Shown: in pieces, positions 1 through 8,682 of the stretch
How positions within the stretch are numbered: position 1 is the first letter of the stretch
Layout of the letters: each line of letters begins with the position of its first letter
NCBI GenBank assembly: GCA_018985225.1
Contig: JADGIF010000092.1
Location: 1-21,515, forward strand
Length of the DNA stretch: 21,515 nt
Origin: Amoeboradix gromovi X-113
Taxonomy: Eukaryota > Fungi > Sanchytriomycota
Reading direction: 5' to 3'
Notes under the pieces: generated by a model
Seen by the model: the letters and a program-made list of their open reading frames with translations, nothing else
What the model was told of the DNA's origin: nothing
The model's database searches: none
Program-made: the position numbers and the translations under genes

Positions 1-187
1 TCTAAGAAAATGCACCTTTTGCTTAGATGCTCAAAGACCTCTATTTGAACGAGATGCAGGGTCTTCTAGTTTTATTTTGAAGAGGGGATTGAAAGTAATG
101 AAAGAGGGACTTTTATTAATGATAGCATCTCCTCCGTATGATGCACCTTTAAAAACGAGTTAGTCTAGTTTTTATATTTGGTGTCCC
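1..187 (-). mobile_element. MITE copy 1 (partial, runs off left edge), inverted relative to 1904-2322 copy
   Basis: 1-187 is a diverged reverse complement of 1904-2095 (e.g. TCTAAGAAAATGCACCTTTTGC vs GCAAAAGGTGCATTTTCTTAGA) and ends in the TIR GTCTAGTTTTTATATTTGGTGTCCC, followed by TTAT. Confidence 0.9.
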
Positions 188-275
188 TTATGAAAGAGAA
201 AGTTTAATTCAATACATAACATGCTTAGCAGAGAAGTCAGGGTAGCCTTTGATAATGCTTTTAACAAATAAACAT

Positions 276-1773
276 TTACTTAAAACCACCCAAGGAACTG
301 TAGGGTTCATATCCATTTGAGTTCATATATTCCACTACTTGCTGTGGAATCTCTTCTAGCAAACTAGCTGGTAATCTCATATTCACTTCCTCTGGCTGAA
401 AATCTCTCATTGCTACGAACTGTACAATGTCTCTGCTCGCTGTTCTACCATTTAAAGATAACGGCTTCTGGTCCCCGTCAAGTAATTTCATTTTAGAAAA
501 GTCTGCGTTTCCCACTCCAACAATTACAATGCTCAATGGACAATTGCAAGCATCGATGATAACATCTACCGTTGCGTCCATATCTGTAATCTCTCCATCA
601 GTCGTTATCATCAGTATGAAGTACTTTGAAGATCCGTTCTTTTCGGCATTCACCATATCGACCATTTTTTTAATAATTGGTGCAAAATTCTGAGTTAGTC
701 CTAAATACGGTTGGCCCATACAATTCTACCTGTGACAAGCAATTCCTATATGCTCCCAAGATGCCTGAAACACCAAATACATTTGCATTAGGCTGAAATG
801 AAACGTTGAAGTCATGATAAACAATTCCCTTGATCTTGGCACCGAAGCCATAAACAGGGAATAGCCTATCGCTATCGTAATATTCTAGTACACCCCCTAT
901 CGAGGATATAGCATGCTCATATGCAGTCATTGGGCTGTTGATATAGTGCAATGAATGCGTGTCTTGTGGGTTACCATTGGATCCTGTAAAATCAATTGCG
1001 ACAGCAAAGTTAAGCTGAGTTCCAGTCTGTATATAGTCAAGAAAAGAATATTCTTTCAACTCTTTAACATTATAGAATTTCAAAAGGCCTGATTTTTTGC
1101 CCTTCTTGCTAATCAATTGAGCTTCCTGGGAGTCTTTTATATTAGCCACGTCTATATCACACAAACCAATTAAATCATGGGAACCGGTCTTATCCCAATC
1201 AAAACACTCGATCCTAATTCTTTCACACAAATCTAAATTAAAAGGGTTCCAATTGGGATTTAAAGTGTTTTTGATAACCTCGGATGAATATAACTTAGAG
1301 TTTGTTAAAGAATTATATATAATTACGTAGGGGTCTGATTTTCCAAATGTATCCTTTTTGTCTAATCCGACTCCGCTCAAGGTCAATTTAATTTTGCCAG
1401 GTCTTATTTCCTTTATCTCTCTACCATTGATGATAATACTGCCTTTTTCCTTGTTATTCAAAAGTAGGGGTTTTTGAATTTCCGATTTTGTAATTATTTC
1501 GCTTAGCGCAATTGTTACACTTCCTAAATCCTGGCTCTTTTTACCATCATCATCTCTGATATTAAATCTCAACAGCTGTATCTTCTCAAAGTAGTACTTG
1601 AGTTGAATTTTCGTGCTGAATACAGGACTAAGATTATTCTTTATAGTTTCAGTTCTTCCTAATTCCACTTCGTCACTATATATGACGCAGAAAGGATCTG
1701 ACTTACTAAAAGAATCTTTATTTATTAAGTCTTTGGCTGAAATTGATAACAAAATTGGAACGTTGATATCCAT
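276..1773 (-). CDS. CPNE: Copine (C2A-C2B-vWA), 2 exons: join complement(709..1773, 276..689), 492 aa
   Basis: Two C2 domains (DSFSKSDPF, DTFGKSDPY, FDWD) and copine vWA motifs (AIDFTGSNG, LHY, FPVYGFGAK, ITTDGEITDM, PLSIVIVGVG, RDIVQFV). Removing the 19-nt intron restores the conserved LYGPT-NFAPII. Confidence 0.95.
690..708 (-). other. 19-nt spliceosomal intron (phase 0) GTATTTAGGACTAACTCAG
   Basis: GT..AG with CTAAC branch motif; excision joins the two frame-shifted ORFs exactly into YGPT|NFAPII. Confidence 0.92.
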
Positions 1774-1903
1774 TTTAAGGAGAGGCTTGTTTTCAATAGT
1801 TTTACGTATCTAGTTTTCAAAAATATATGATAGAGTTTAGAGACATTGATCTCTCGATATATCTGATACTCTCCTTTCGAAGATCTAAACTGCAATTAAA
1901 CAT

Positions 1904-2322
1904 GGGACACCAAATATAAAAACTAGACCAAGTCGTTTTTAAAGTTGGTACTCCATAAGGAGGAATACTATTAGTAATAAAAGTTCTTCTTTCATTGATG
2001 TCATTCCTCTCTTTAAAATAAAACAAGATGACCCACTAGCTCTTTCAAATAGTGGAGGACTTTGAGTGTCTAGGCAAAAGGTGCATTTTCTTAGACGATA
2101 CTCTTTATCTGTTCCATTTTCTTCTTAACACCTTTTGTATAACTTATTTTTTATTTTCTCTTCTTATTAATCATTGTTTCTAGGATTTTGATGGATGAAA
2201 GTCTTCATACTAAAATAATTTACTTGAAACCATCGGATTAATTTAATTTAATTTACTATCGGTTAATACAATTGAAATAATACTGTTTCAGAAAGTTAGT
2301 CTAGTTTTATATTTGGTGTCCC
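1904..2322 (+). mobile_element. Complete 419-bp non-autonomous TIR element (MITE), 4-bp TSD ACAT
   Basis: TIRs GGGACACCAAATATAAAAACTAGAC (1904-1928) and GTCTAGTTTTATATTTGGTGTCCC (2299-2322), one indel; ACAT at 1900-1903 and 2323-2326; no credible coding capacity. Confidence 0.92.
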
Positions 2323-2367
2323 ACATGTTGGTACTTCATTTTTGATTGTTTTTTGCAACACAGTTTA

Positions 2368-4164
2368 ATGGTTTCTACGAGTTTGCAATCAAATGTGCAA
2401 AATTTTCTAGTCAATTGCGTCGGATTAGGGTTTTTGGTTATTATATATTTTACAATATCGTTACTCTCGCCATATTTAGTTCCTTTATTTTGGGCCATAG
2501 TCCTGTCAATTCCTTTGTACGACATCAAATCGCTTTTCATTGATTATATTGAAGAGGATTTAAAAGATGATGAAATCACTTTATTTGGTGTGATGTTAAC
2601 ATCTATCCATGTCATTTTGGAATGGGCATGCAGCCCAGCATATATTGTCTTTTACACGGTGGTCAAGTCGTATTTAAAATTGGTTTACTTTGCTTTTAAT
2701 GTTGAGCCAAGTGAGACTACGGATAGCCCGAGCTCTAGCACAGATGTGAATTTGTCTCCTGGCAAATATTTGGCAGAGAAATCGTTGAAAGAACAAAAAT
2801 CAATTATTTCAGAGAAACTAAAATCAACATTTAATAAGGGGACATTCTTCTATTTCAGAATATTGCTGTCTATTGGTACGTTAGCTATTTTATACGAACT
2901 ACTCATTGTTAAGCAGCTTGGTATAGTGTGCGCATTTGTAATCCTAATTTTAATATTTCTACATATTTGTTATCATGCCACCCGATTCTTATCTTTGAAG
3001 TATATGCCCTCTTCTTTTAATGAGTATTTATCAGACTACACGAAGTCTTCGACCAAGTCTTTCATTTTAAACAATACTAATACACTATTAACTTACTCAA
3101 TTGTTTTTGGCTCAATACTAACAGGCATTTTCATATCTATCTTTCTATCTTTTGAATGCGTAAACGAGTTTCAATACCTCGCTGTCAACTCTATGGAATT
3201 CGTCGACCAGTTCTTGCAAAATGATGTAAAACATGAATTACACTCCCAACTGTCAAACGTCATAAACCATGGCTATTCTTACATTGACGATCAAGTTTTC
3301 ATGAAGAACTCCAATTTAACTGCCTCTGATGTCCAAATAAAAGTTCAAAATATGTTCAAAACTTTACCGCATGTGCAGTCATTGTATCACAATCTGACTC
3401 GTGGTCAGTTCTCAATTTTATTAAATACAACTGCTTTGAAGCTAATATTTGATGAGCTAAGCCAGAACACATACAGTAAGAACGAGATCAGTATGCTGAG
3501 TCAAGTAAAAGGGATAGTTACAACATTTCTCAGTAACATTGCACAAAATGCTTTGCTGACAGGATTGAACATATTTACATCCATAATAACGCTTGTTTCT
3601 ACAATGTTCGATTGGATATTCAAGATTATACTGTTTTTGACTGTATTGGTATATTTGGTAAGTAACAAACATTCTATCATACATTACTTGACGATAACTT
3701 TAGAAATGGTAGACCCGAGCCATTATATAGTGGATGCATTGGAGACCTGTATTAGCAGTACATTGAGTGTTAATTTGAGATTGGGTATATTTTACTTTAT
3801 ATTTACAGCAATAAGCTTTTACATTTGCAAAGTACCGGTTATATTTATACCGGCTATTGCTAGCAGTGTGCTTGCCATATTACCATTTATGAATCCAATG
3901 TTAATAGCGGTTGTGCCGACCGTAATACTTTGGCTACAGGGTCATCTGATTACAAGCGTTGCCTTGATTGCAAGCCATGTTTTGGTTAGCTTTGTAGTTA
4001 TTCCATTGTTCTACGAGGAAATAAATGGAGTAGATCCTTATTTTGGGAGCTTAAGCATTGCATTAGGTATCTATACATATGGACTAGAAGGAACAATACT
4101 GGGACCAATATTGATGTCACTAATTCCTGCTGGATATAAATTTTTAAAGTTCTATCTTGAATAA
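2368..4164 (+). CDS. TMEM245: TMEM245-like multi-pass membrane protein (AI-2E/UPF0118 related)
   Basis: N-terminal YLVPLFWAIVLSIPL and C-terminal PYFGSLSIALGIYTYGLEGTILGP motifs, many hydrophobic segments. First in-frame ATG is 2368 (ORF track starts at TTG 2353). Confidence 0.85.
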   Translation: MVSTSLQSNVQNFLVNCVGLGFLVIIYFTISLLSPYLVPLFWAIVLSIPLYDIKSLFIDYIEEDLKDDEITLFGVMLTSIHVILEWACSPAYIVFYTVVKSYLKLVYFAFNVEPSETTDSPSSSTDVNLSPGKYLAEKSLKEQKSIISEKLKSTFNKGTFFYFRILLSIGTLAILYELLIVKQLGIVCAFVILILIFLHICYHATRFLSLKYMPSSFNEYLSDYTKSSTKSFILNNTNTLLTYSIVFGSILTGIFISIFLSFECVNEFQYLAVNSMEFVDQFLQNDVKHELHSQLSNVINHGYSYIDDQVFMKNSNLTASDVQIKVQNMFKTLPHVQSLYHNLTRGQFSILLNTTALKLIFDELSQNTYSKNEISMLSQVKGIVTTFLSNIAQNALLTGLNIFTSIITLVSTMFDWIFKIILFLTVLVYLVSNKHSIIHYLTITLEMVDPSHYIVDALETCISSTLSVNLRLGIFYFIFTAISFYICKVPVIFIPAIASSVLAILPFMNPMLIAVVPTVILWLQGHLITSVALIASHVLVSFVVIPLFYEEINGVDPYFGSLSIALGIYTYGLEGTILGPILMSLIPAGYKFLKFYLE

Positions 4165-4610
4165 ATGTCATTGCTTTATGTTAATATGAACTTTCAAGAG
4201 TCCCCATTTTCTCCTTGCTTCTGTATAATCTAGTCGCCATTTATTGGGTTGCAAACTTTGGAAACGCACTGACTAACGAAGGCATAATATCGCCTGTCAA
4301 TGCAATATTTCTATTAAATCTTCGATTATTTTATGCAAAGTGCAAGTTCGACTTTCTACTCTCCATCTTCTGCAACTATTGTTCGCATTGTGATCCGGAC
4401 TATCTATATCCAAATTGAATGACTACTCAACTTTGAATACAAAGAAATTTTAATATTCTTATTATGCTAGTAAACCATATTACTATTTTCTTTTCAAATA
4501 AATAACAGAGTTCTTTTAACTTGCAATACATATAACACAATATTTTTGCAAAACTTAAAGAGCGTTTTTCGACTGCTAAGCTTAAATTGGAAAATTTTTC
4601 AAAACGTTAA

Positions 4611-4850
4611 ATGCCGTATGCTAATATTTATTTTATTAGACAGTTGCCGTTTAACGTTAACGCATCACAAATATTAGCTTTATTTAATAAATTCGGAGAA
4701 ATAGCACAAATTAGGCTCGGAAACGAAGAAAGCACAAGAGGAAGCGCATTTGTAGTGTACAAAGTAGACTGCCCTCAAGTGTTGGAAATGAACGGGTATT
4801 CATACCAAGGGAGATATTTAATAGTGCGGATGCATAGTAAGCAAGAATAA
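4611..4850 (+). CDS. SF3B6: SF3b p14 subunit (U2 snRNP branch-site RRM protein), minimal 79 aa form
   Basis: FIRQLPF...FNKFGEIAQIRLGNEESTRGSAFVVY...GRYLIV aligns with SF3B6 YIRNLPY...[26 protein letters not shown]...NRYLVV. Confidence 0.9.
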   Translation: MPYANIYFIRQLPFNVNASQILALFNKFGEIAQIRLGNEESTRGSAFVVYKVDCPQVLEMNGYSYQGRYLIVRMHSKQE

Positions 4851-4887
4851 ATAAAATGATATTATTTTTCATACACAAGTTTAAAAT

Positions 4888-5466
4888 ATGCAGTCAAGAA
4901 GTCTGTCGCCTTTTAAAAAGAGAAATGTGGATGAAAATGTTGATCCAGAACATAAACTGTTTAGCCATCCAATATCTGACAAATCAAAGCAAGTATCATT
5001 GTCTGCATTTGCACTACTGTATTCTGAAATAATTAGATATCACCAAGATAGAGTAAAAGGCATCCAGGATCTTGAATCTAAACTGCACGACGTAGGATAT
5101 CAAATTGGCCAGCGTATCTATGAAGTCTTGGTATATGTAACTAAATTCAAGAGAGATAATACCATTTTAACATTGTTGTCATTTCTTCACGGTACGTTGT
5201 GGCAGTATCTATTTCAAAAAAAGGCTGACGCATTAGAGAAGTCTAGTGAACATACTAATGAGTATATGATTAGCGATAACAATTTGTTAATCTCTAAATT
5301 TATCTCTGCTCCGAAGGAAATGTCTTCTTTCAGCAGCGGTGCTCTTATTGCAGGTATAGTGGAATCCTGCTGTGATCAAGCTCGTTTTCCTGCCCGCGTA
5401 ACTGCACACAATGCACCACTCGATGGATATCCCCAAAGATGCACAATATTAATCAAGTTATTGTGA
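4888..5466 (+). CDS. TRAPPC5: TRAPP complex subunit 5 (Trs31)
   Basis: VSLSAFALLYSEII, LESKLHDVGYQIG, LWQYLFQKKADALEKS, FISAPKE, AGIVES, FPARVTAH. Confidence 0.93.
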   Translation: MQSRSLSPFKKRNVDENVDPEHKLFSHPISDKSKQVSLSAFALLYSEIIRYHQDRVKGIQDLESKLHDVGYQIGQRIYEVLVYVTKFKRDNTILTLLSFLHGTLWQYLFQKKADALEKSSEHTNEYMISDNNLLISKFISAPKEMSSFSSGALIAGIVESCCDQARFPARVTAHNAPLDGYPQRCTILIKLL

Positions 5467-5469
5467 TGC

Positions 5470-5481
5470 AATAAATTTATT
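5470..5481. terminator. Palindromic bidirectional poly(A) signal AATAAATTTATT
   Basis: AATAAA on each strand, back to back, in the 22-bp gap between convergent TRAPPC5 and CAC2 stops. Confidence 0.6.
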
Positions 5482-5488
5482 ATATGCT

Positions 5489-6664
5489 CTATTTAATTAC
5501 AACCATCTCACCCTTTTCGTTTTTCTTTTTGATTTGCATCACTACGGGTTTTTGTTTAGCTTTTGCAAACCTTGAGCAATCGAATTCAGGATTATTCCAA
5601 GCCTTGGACGATGCATCTGCACATTCGTTTGTGTTTATATCGTATACAACGCCCAGTTCTTCTGCCTCAAATTGAAATTCGCTAATAAATCCATCTGCGC
5701 TGCCAATTATCAGTTTAACCATTTCTGACTTACTTTGATTACCCTTCCAAATATGAAAACGGCTTGCTATAAATACTGCATCTGTCAAATGTGCGTAATG
5801 AAATCCCTTGGCTGTGAATATGGGTTTATGATGCTCCGTATCCCATAATTGCAAGCCGTTTGTACTTAGGACGCAGAATATATATCTATATGGCAGCCCT
5901 AACAAGCTTGAGCTTGCAGTGATTAGATTCATTGGAATGGGATATACGACTATGCATGTTGTCTGTTTTAAAGGCGTCGCAAAAGCACATATTGGGTCCT
6001 GTAAGAGTTTTCTACCGAAAAGCAAGCATGAGTTCATCTTTTGAGAGTACCCGGAAGCCATCAAACATCCACTTCCGTCCGGAAGCCATTCGCACTTTCT
6101 AAATATTATACGATTGAAGTCACCTACACACAGTTTAGACACCTTTATCTCGGTGTACTTCTTACTAGATTTAGGTATCAAATGGCGAATACCGCCGTCA
6201 CTAAATTGGACTGAGATTATTTTGTCAATGGGATCTAAACCGATACCCTGAATTAGCTTACCTGTGAAATCAATTTTATGTATTAAATCCTGGTATTGAT
6301 GAATATATATTGTGCTGATAGTTGCTATAACTACGAATGGTTCAAAAACCCGAACATCTGCTATTGTTTGAGATTTCATGTAAGAATGACATGGGACAAA
6401 GGCTTGATCAACATCCACACTTTTTTGCCAAATTATGCAGTGTCCATCGTCACTTGCGCTGATGAAATGGCTTTCATTTAATGATCGCAGAATCATAACT
6501 GGTGTCTGATGTCTAGACAAGGTTGCAACATAATCAAAAGTATGGGACCAAACCATTATCTTTAGATCAGCACCACCTGTAATTATATATTCTGAAGTGT
6601 ATGTTATAGCATATATAGGAGCCTGTTTTTCGTGAAATGTAAGTTCGTGAATCTTGGAATACAT
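5489..6664 (-). CDS. CAC2: Chromatin assembly factor 1 p60 subunit (WD40)
   Basis: TGGADLKIMVW, YVATLSRH, ASDDG, FRKCEWLPDGS, LPYRYIFCV, FHYAHLTD, SADGF, EELG match Cac2/CHAF1B. Confidence 0.85.
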   Translation of the reverse strand: MYSKIHELTFHEKQAPIYAITYTSEYIITGGADLKIMVWSHTFDYVATLSRHQTPVMILRSLNESHFISASDDGHCIIWQKSVDVDQAFVPCHSYMKSQTIADVRVFEPFVVIATISTIYIHQYQDLIHKIDFTGKLIQGIGLDPIDKIISVQFSDGGIRHLIPKSSKKYTEIKVSKLCVGDFNRIIFRKCEWLPDGSGCLMASGYSQKMNSCLLFGRKLLQDPICAFATPLKQTTCIVVYPIPMNLITASSSLLGLPYRYIFCVLSTNGLQLWDTEHHKPIFTAKGFHYAHLTDAVFIASRFHIWKGNQSKSEMVKLIIGSADGFISEFQFEAEELGVVYDINTNECADASSKAWNNPEFDCSRFAKAKQKPVVMQIKKKNEKGEMVVIK

Positions 6665-6703
6665 TCCTCCGACTGTTTTGAAGCAAATGACAGAGATAAC
6701 GAT

Positions 6704-7843
6704 TTATTTCTTCTTTTTCATCCATTTAGGAATCTTGGTAATAATCTTTTCTGCGGCATCCTTAAAACTCGAAGAATCACTTGATTCCCTTGAAATGCTG
6801 AAGTGCTGGGCAGTTTGTATTCGGAATCCTTTTCTAACAATTTTTGGGGTCTCAATTTTGCCTTCAAACTTGACATGTATTAAACTAGCCGGGCTTAGTT
6901 GTAAATCAAACAAATGTCTTTTTTCATTTCTAGCATAATGTACTCTTAGAGCTATTAGTTCATAGTTGTTGTTACTTATTACAGTGTCCAAGAGAGTATA
7001 TACCTGCGCCATCTTTTCGATAGACCAAAAGTGTATTTCAATTATGTACTGATCAGGCATCATAAAGCGTAGCTTTGTCCTAGGAGCTTTATTCAATTTT
7101 TCTTGCACTTCTTTGTCTCGCATAGACTGAGTTTTTAACGGTTTATCCAGTCCATTTACATAATTTGATTGCTGTTGTATTAGATATTTCAATTCCCCTC
7201 CGGAAAGATTGAAGAAGTCATCTGACAACTCAATTCTTTGATTCTGCTGAACGGGTTTGTAAATTGCGATATTGCGATTGATTTCGAATAGCTCCGCTGA
7301 ATCTGAATGCATGTCACTAGAGGTGTTAACTTGCTCTTCCACAACTGAATGCTTAATGGGCTGAGAATCAGATTGAACTACACATTGAGATTCGGGCTTA
7401 GATTCAGATTGAATCATTTTATTATGTACAATACTCGTTTTTGGCTTGCCATCTTGCGCAACTACAGTTATTCTTGTTTGATTGCCTAGTTGGCAAGGTG
7501 TATCTAAATTGACTGTTATACCTTGAATGATAATATCTACAGGTTCGGTAGACACAAATTGAGCAATTTCTCTAAACGAAGTCAACGTGGTGGTGGAGTA
7601 CTTTGTTACCACGTTATTAAATGATATTCCGATTTGAATCTGATCATTTTTAATCGGAACTAGGTTTATAGTGCAGAGATTTACAAGATTAAGAAAGTGA
7701 ACTTGGGTATAAATATCCAGCTTCATTTTATTATAGTACGCACTGTAATTCGACCAGTTGTTTGCAATTAAATGAGTGTATAACACATCGTTTGTATTCA
7801 GTTGCAACTGCTTTACGGTATGAAGGTGAAAATTTACGATCAT
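6704..7843 (-). CDS. ASPSCR1: TUG/ASPSCR1 (UBXD9/Ubx4-like) UBX-domain p97 cofactor
   Basis: LSDDFFNLS, PLKTQSMR, LRFMMPDQYIIEIHF...E, LSPASLIHV, KIPKWMK. First ATG 7843 (ORF track starts at TTG). Confidence 0.8.
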   Translation of the reverse strand: MIVNFHLHTVKQLQLNTNDVLYTHLIANNWSNYSAYYNKMKLDIYTQVHFLNLVNLCTINLVPIKNDQIQIGISFNNVVTKYSTTTLTSFREIAQFVSTEPVDIIIQGITVNLDTPCQLGNQTRITVVAQDGKPKTSIVHNKMIQSESKPESQCVVQSDSQPIKHSVVEEQVNTSSDMHSDSAELFEINRNIAIYKPVQQNQRIELSDDFFNLSGGELKYLIQQQSNYVNGLDKPLKTQSMRDKEVQEKLNKAPRTKLRFMMPDQYIIEIHFWSIEKMAQVYTLLDTVISNNNYELIALRVHYARNEKRHLFDLQLSPASLIHVKFEGKIETPKIVRKGFRIQTAQHFSISRESSDSSSFKDAAEKIITKIPKWMKKKK

Positions 7844-7933
7844 TGGTTTCAAAAACTAAATCGCTTACTCTAATTGAATAAACAAGCTGTAACGATGAGA
7901 TGAGCTATATCGCTATAATTTAATCTCATTTTA

Positions 7934-8096
7934 GACTGTTATATCTGCATAAAATAGTTTACTCAAAACCTGTTCTAAGTAAACTGCAAGTGCAAATAAA
8001 GACTAAAGACATTAGAAGAACATAATCAAGCGTTTACTGTTCAATCGTCTACAAGGCGTGGTGATCTCGAAATAATCAGCTTGGAGACATAAAGTG
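7934..8096 (-). ncRNA. Candidate omegaRNA scaffold at element right end
   Basis: AGUUUACUUAGAAC-AG-GUUUUGAGUAAACU (7985-7956) pairs fully on the minus strand using two G.U wobbles; position matches TnpB/Fanzor reRNA location. Confidence 0.5.
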
Positions 8097-8439
8097 TCAG
8101 TTGGAAATGGACAGCCCATATGGCGGGAAACATACACTTGAAGTGTACCATCTGAATCCAATTCTACCATAGATCAGTGGCATGATCTTGAGTGCAGTTC
8201 GAAATTGGCATAATGCCGCATCACGTAGATTCGTGCGTCTCGAACACATTGCTTGTATTTCAAGTACTCAGGGTCTTATACCTGTTACGCAATGATTCCT
8301 TAATTACTCTTCCATTAAATGCTTCAGATGCACACTCGCTATAAGTCCATCTCGCAGTTTCCATCCATATTTTGAGAATATGTCATATTTCCTTGAAAAG
8401 CTCCAACTTTATCGATCTTGTCCAAGTATTTTTTCTCAT
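8097..8439 (-). pseudogene. tnpB: Fanzor2/TnpB N-terminal (REC/WED) remnant; RuvC missing
   Basis: MRKNTWTRSIKLELFKEI*HILKIWMETARWTYSEC...LRNRY then (frameshift) VFETxxNLRDAALCQFRTALK...IGFR, resembling Fanzor2 KIRLYP..Q..L..WFGxARWxYN and ETP..IRD.A..F..A.K; ATG overlaps upstream TGA (ATGA). Confidence 0.78.
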
Positions 8440-8682
8440 CTCGCTTGTGTCCTCTTCTGCGTCCATGTTTGGGCGGTAGCATAGGTGCAAACGGCAATAA
8501 GTTCGCCATTCAGTTCTTGTTGATTCAGAACCAAGAGTGTCATACTGAAGTGATCGCAAATTTGTTTAAAAATCTCAAATCCGAATCGCAAAAGTCTCTC
8601 TCCATAGGTAGCCACAGTCCAATTGGACACCCAACTCCAAGAAAAAATCTTTGAAAGGTCATTGTCCATTAGTAGGGCCCAA
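8436..8682 (-). pseudogene. tnpA: IS607 TnpA serine recombinase, C-terminal half, frameshifted
   Basis: VATYGERLLRFGFEIFKQICDHFSMTLLVLNQ..ELNGELIAVCTY matches IS607 VTYKDRLxRFGFE...ELxEDLxxI; adjacent frames give GPTNGQ*PFKDFFLEL upstream and KHGRRRGHKR downstream; HTH and catalytic YxRVS are absent. Confidence 0.8.

Noticed and set aside
670-719. Programmed frameshift or sequencing error in copine
   Set aside because: A simple shift would leave about 6 extra residues inside the invariant GPTNFAP motif; a GT-AG intron with branch site removes them exactly.
1817-2543. Short ORFs 1817-2026, 2307-2540, 2346-2543 as transposase or genes
   Set aside because: No recognisable motifs; they straddle MITE ends or overlap TMEM245.
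4195-4210. RNase MRP CR-I-like AAGAGTCCCC
   Set aside because: No matching GGGGCT CR-V partner downstream on the same strand.
4616-4639. 24-nt GT..AG segment just after the SF3B6 start codon
   Set aside because: It is in frame and encodes the RNP2 strand of the RRM, and lacks the YTAAY-TYAG end; treated as coding.
8097-8439. Active Fanzor rescued by tiny introns
   Set aside because: No 19-nt intron consensus spans the stops, and RuvC/zinc-finger sequence is absent.
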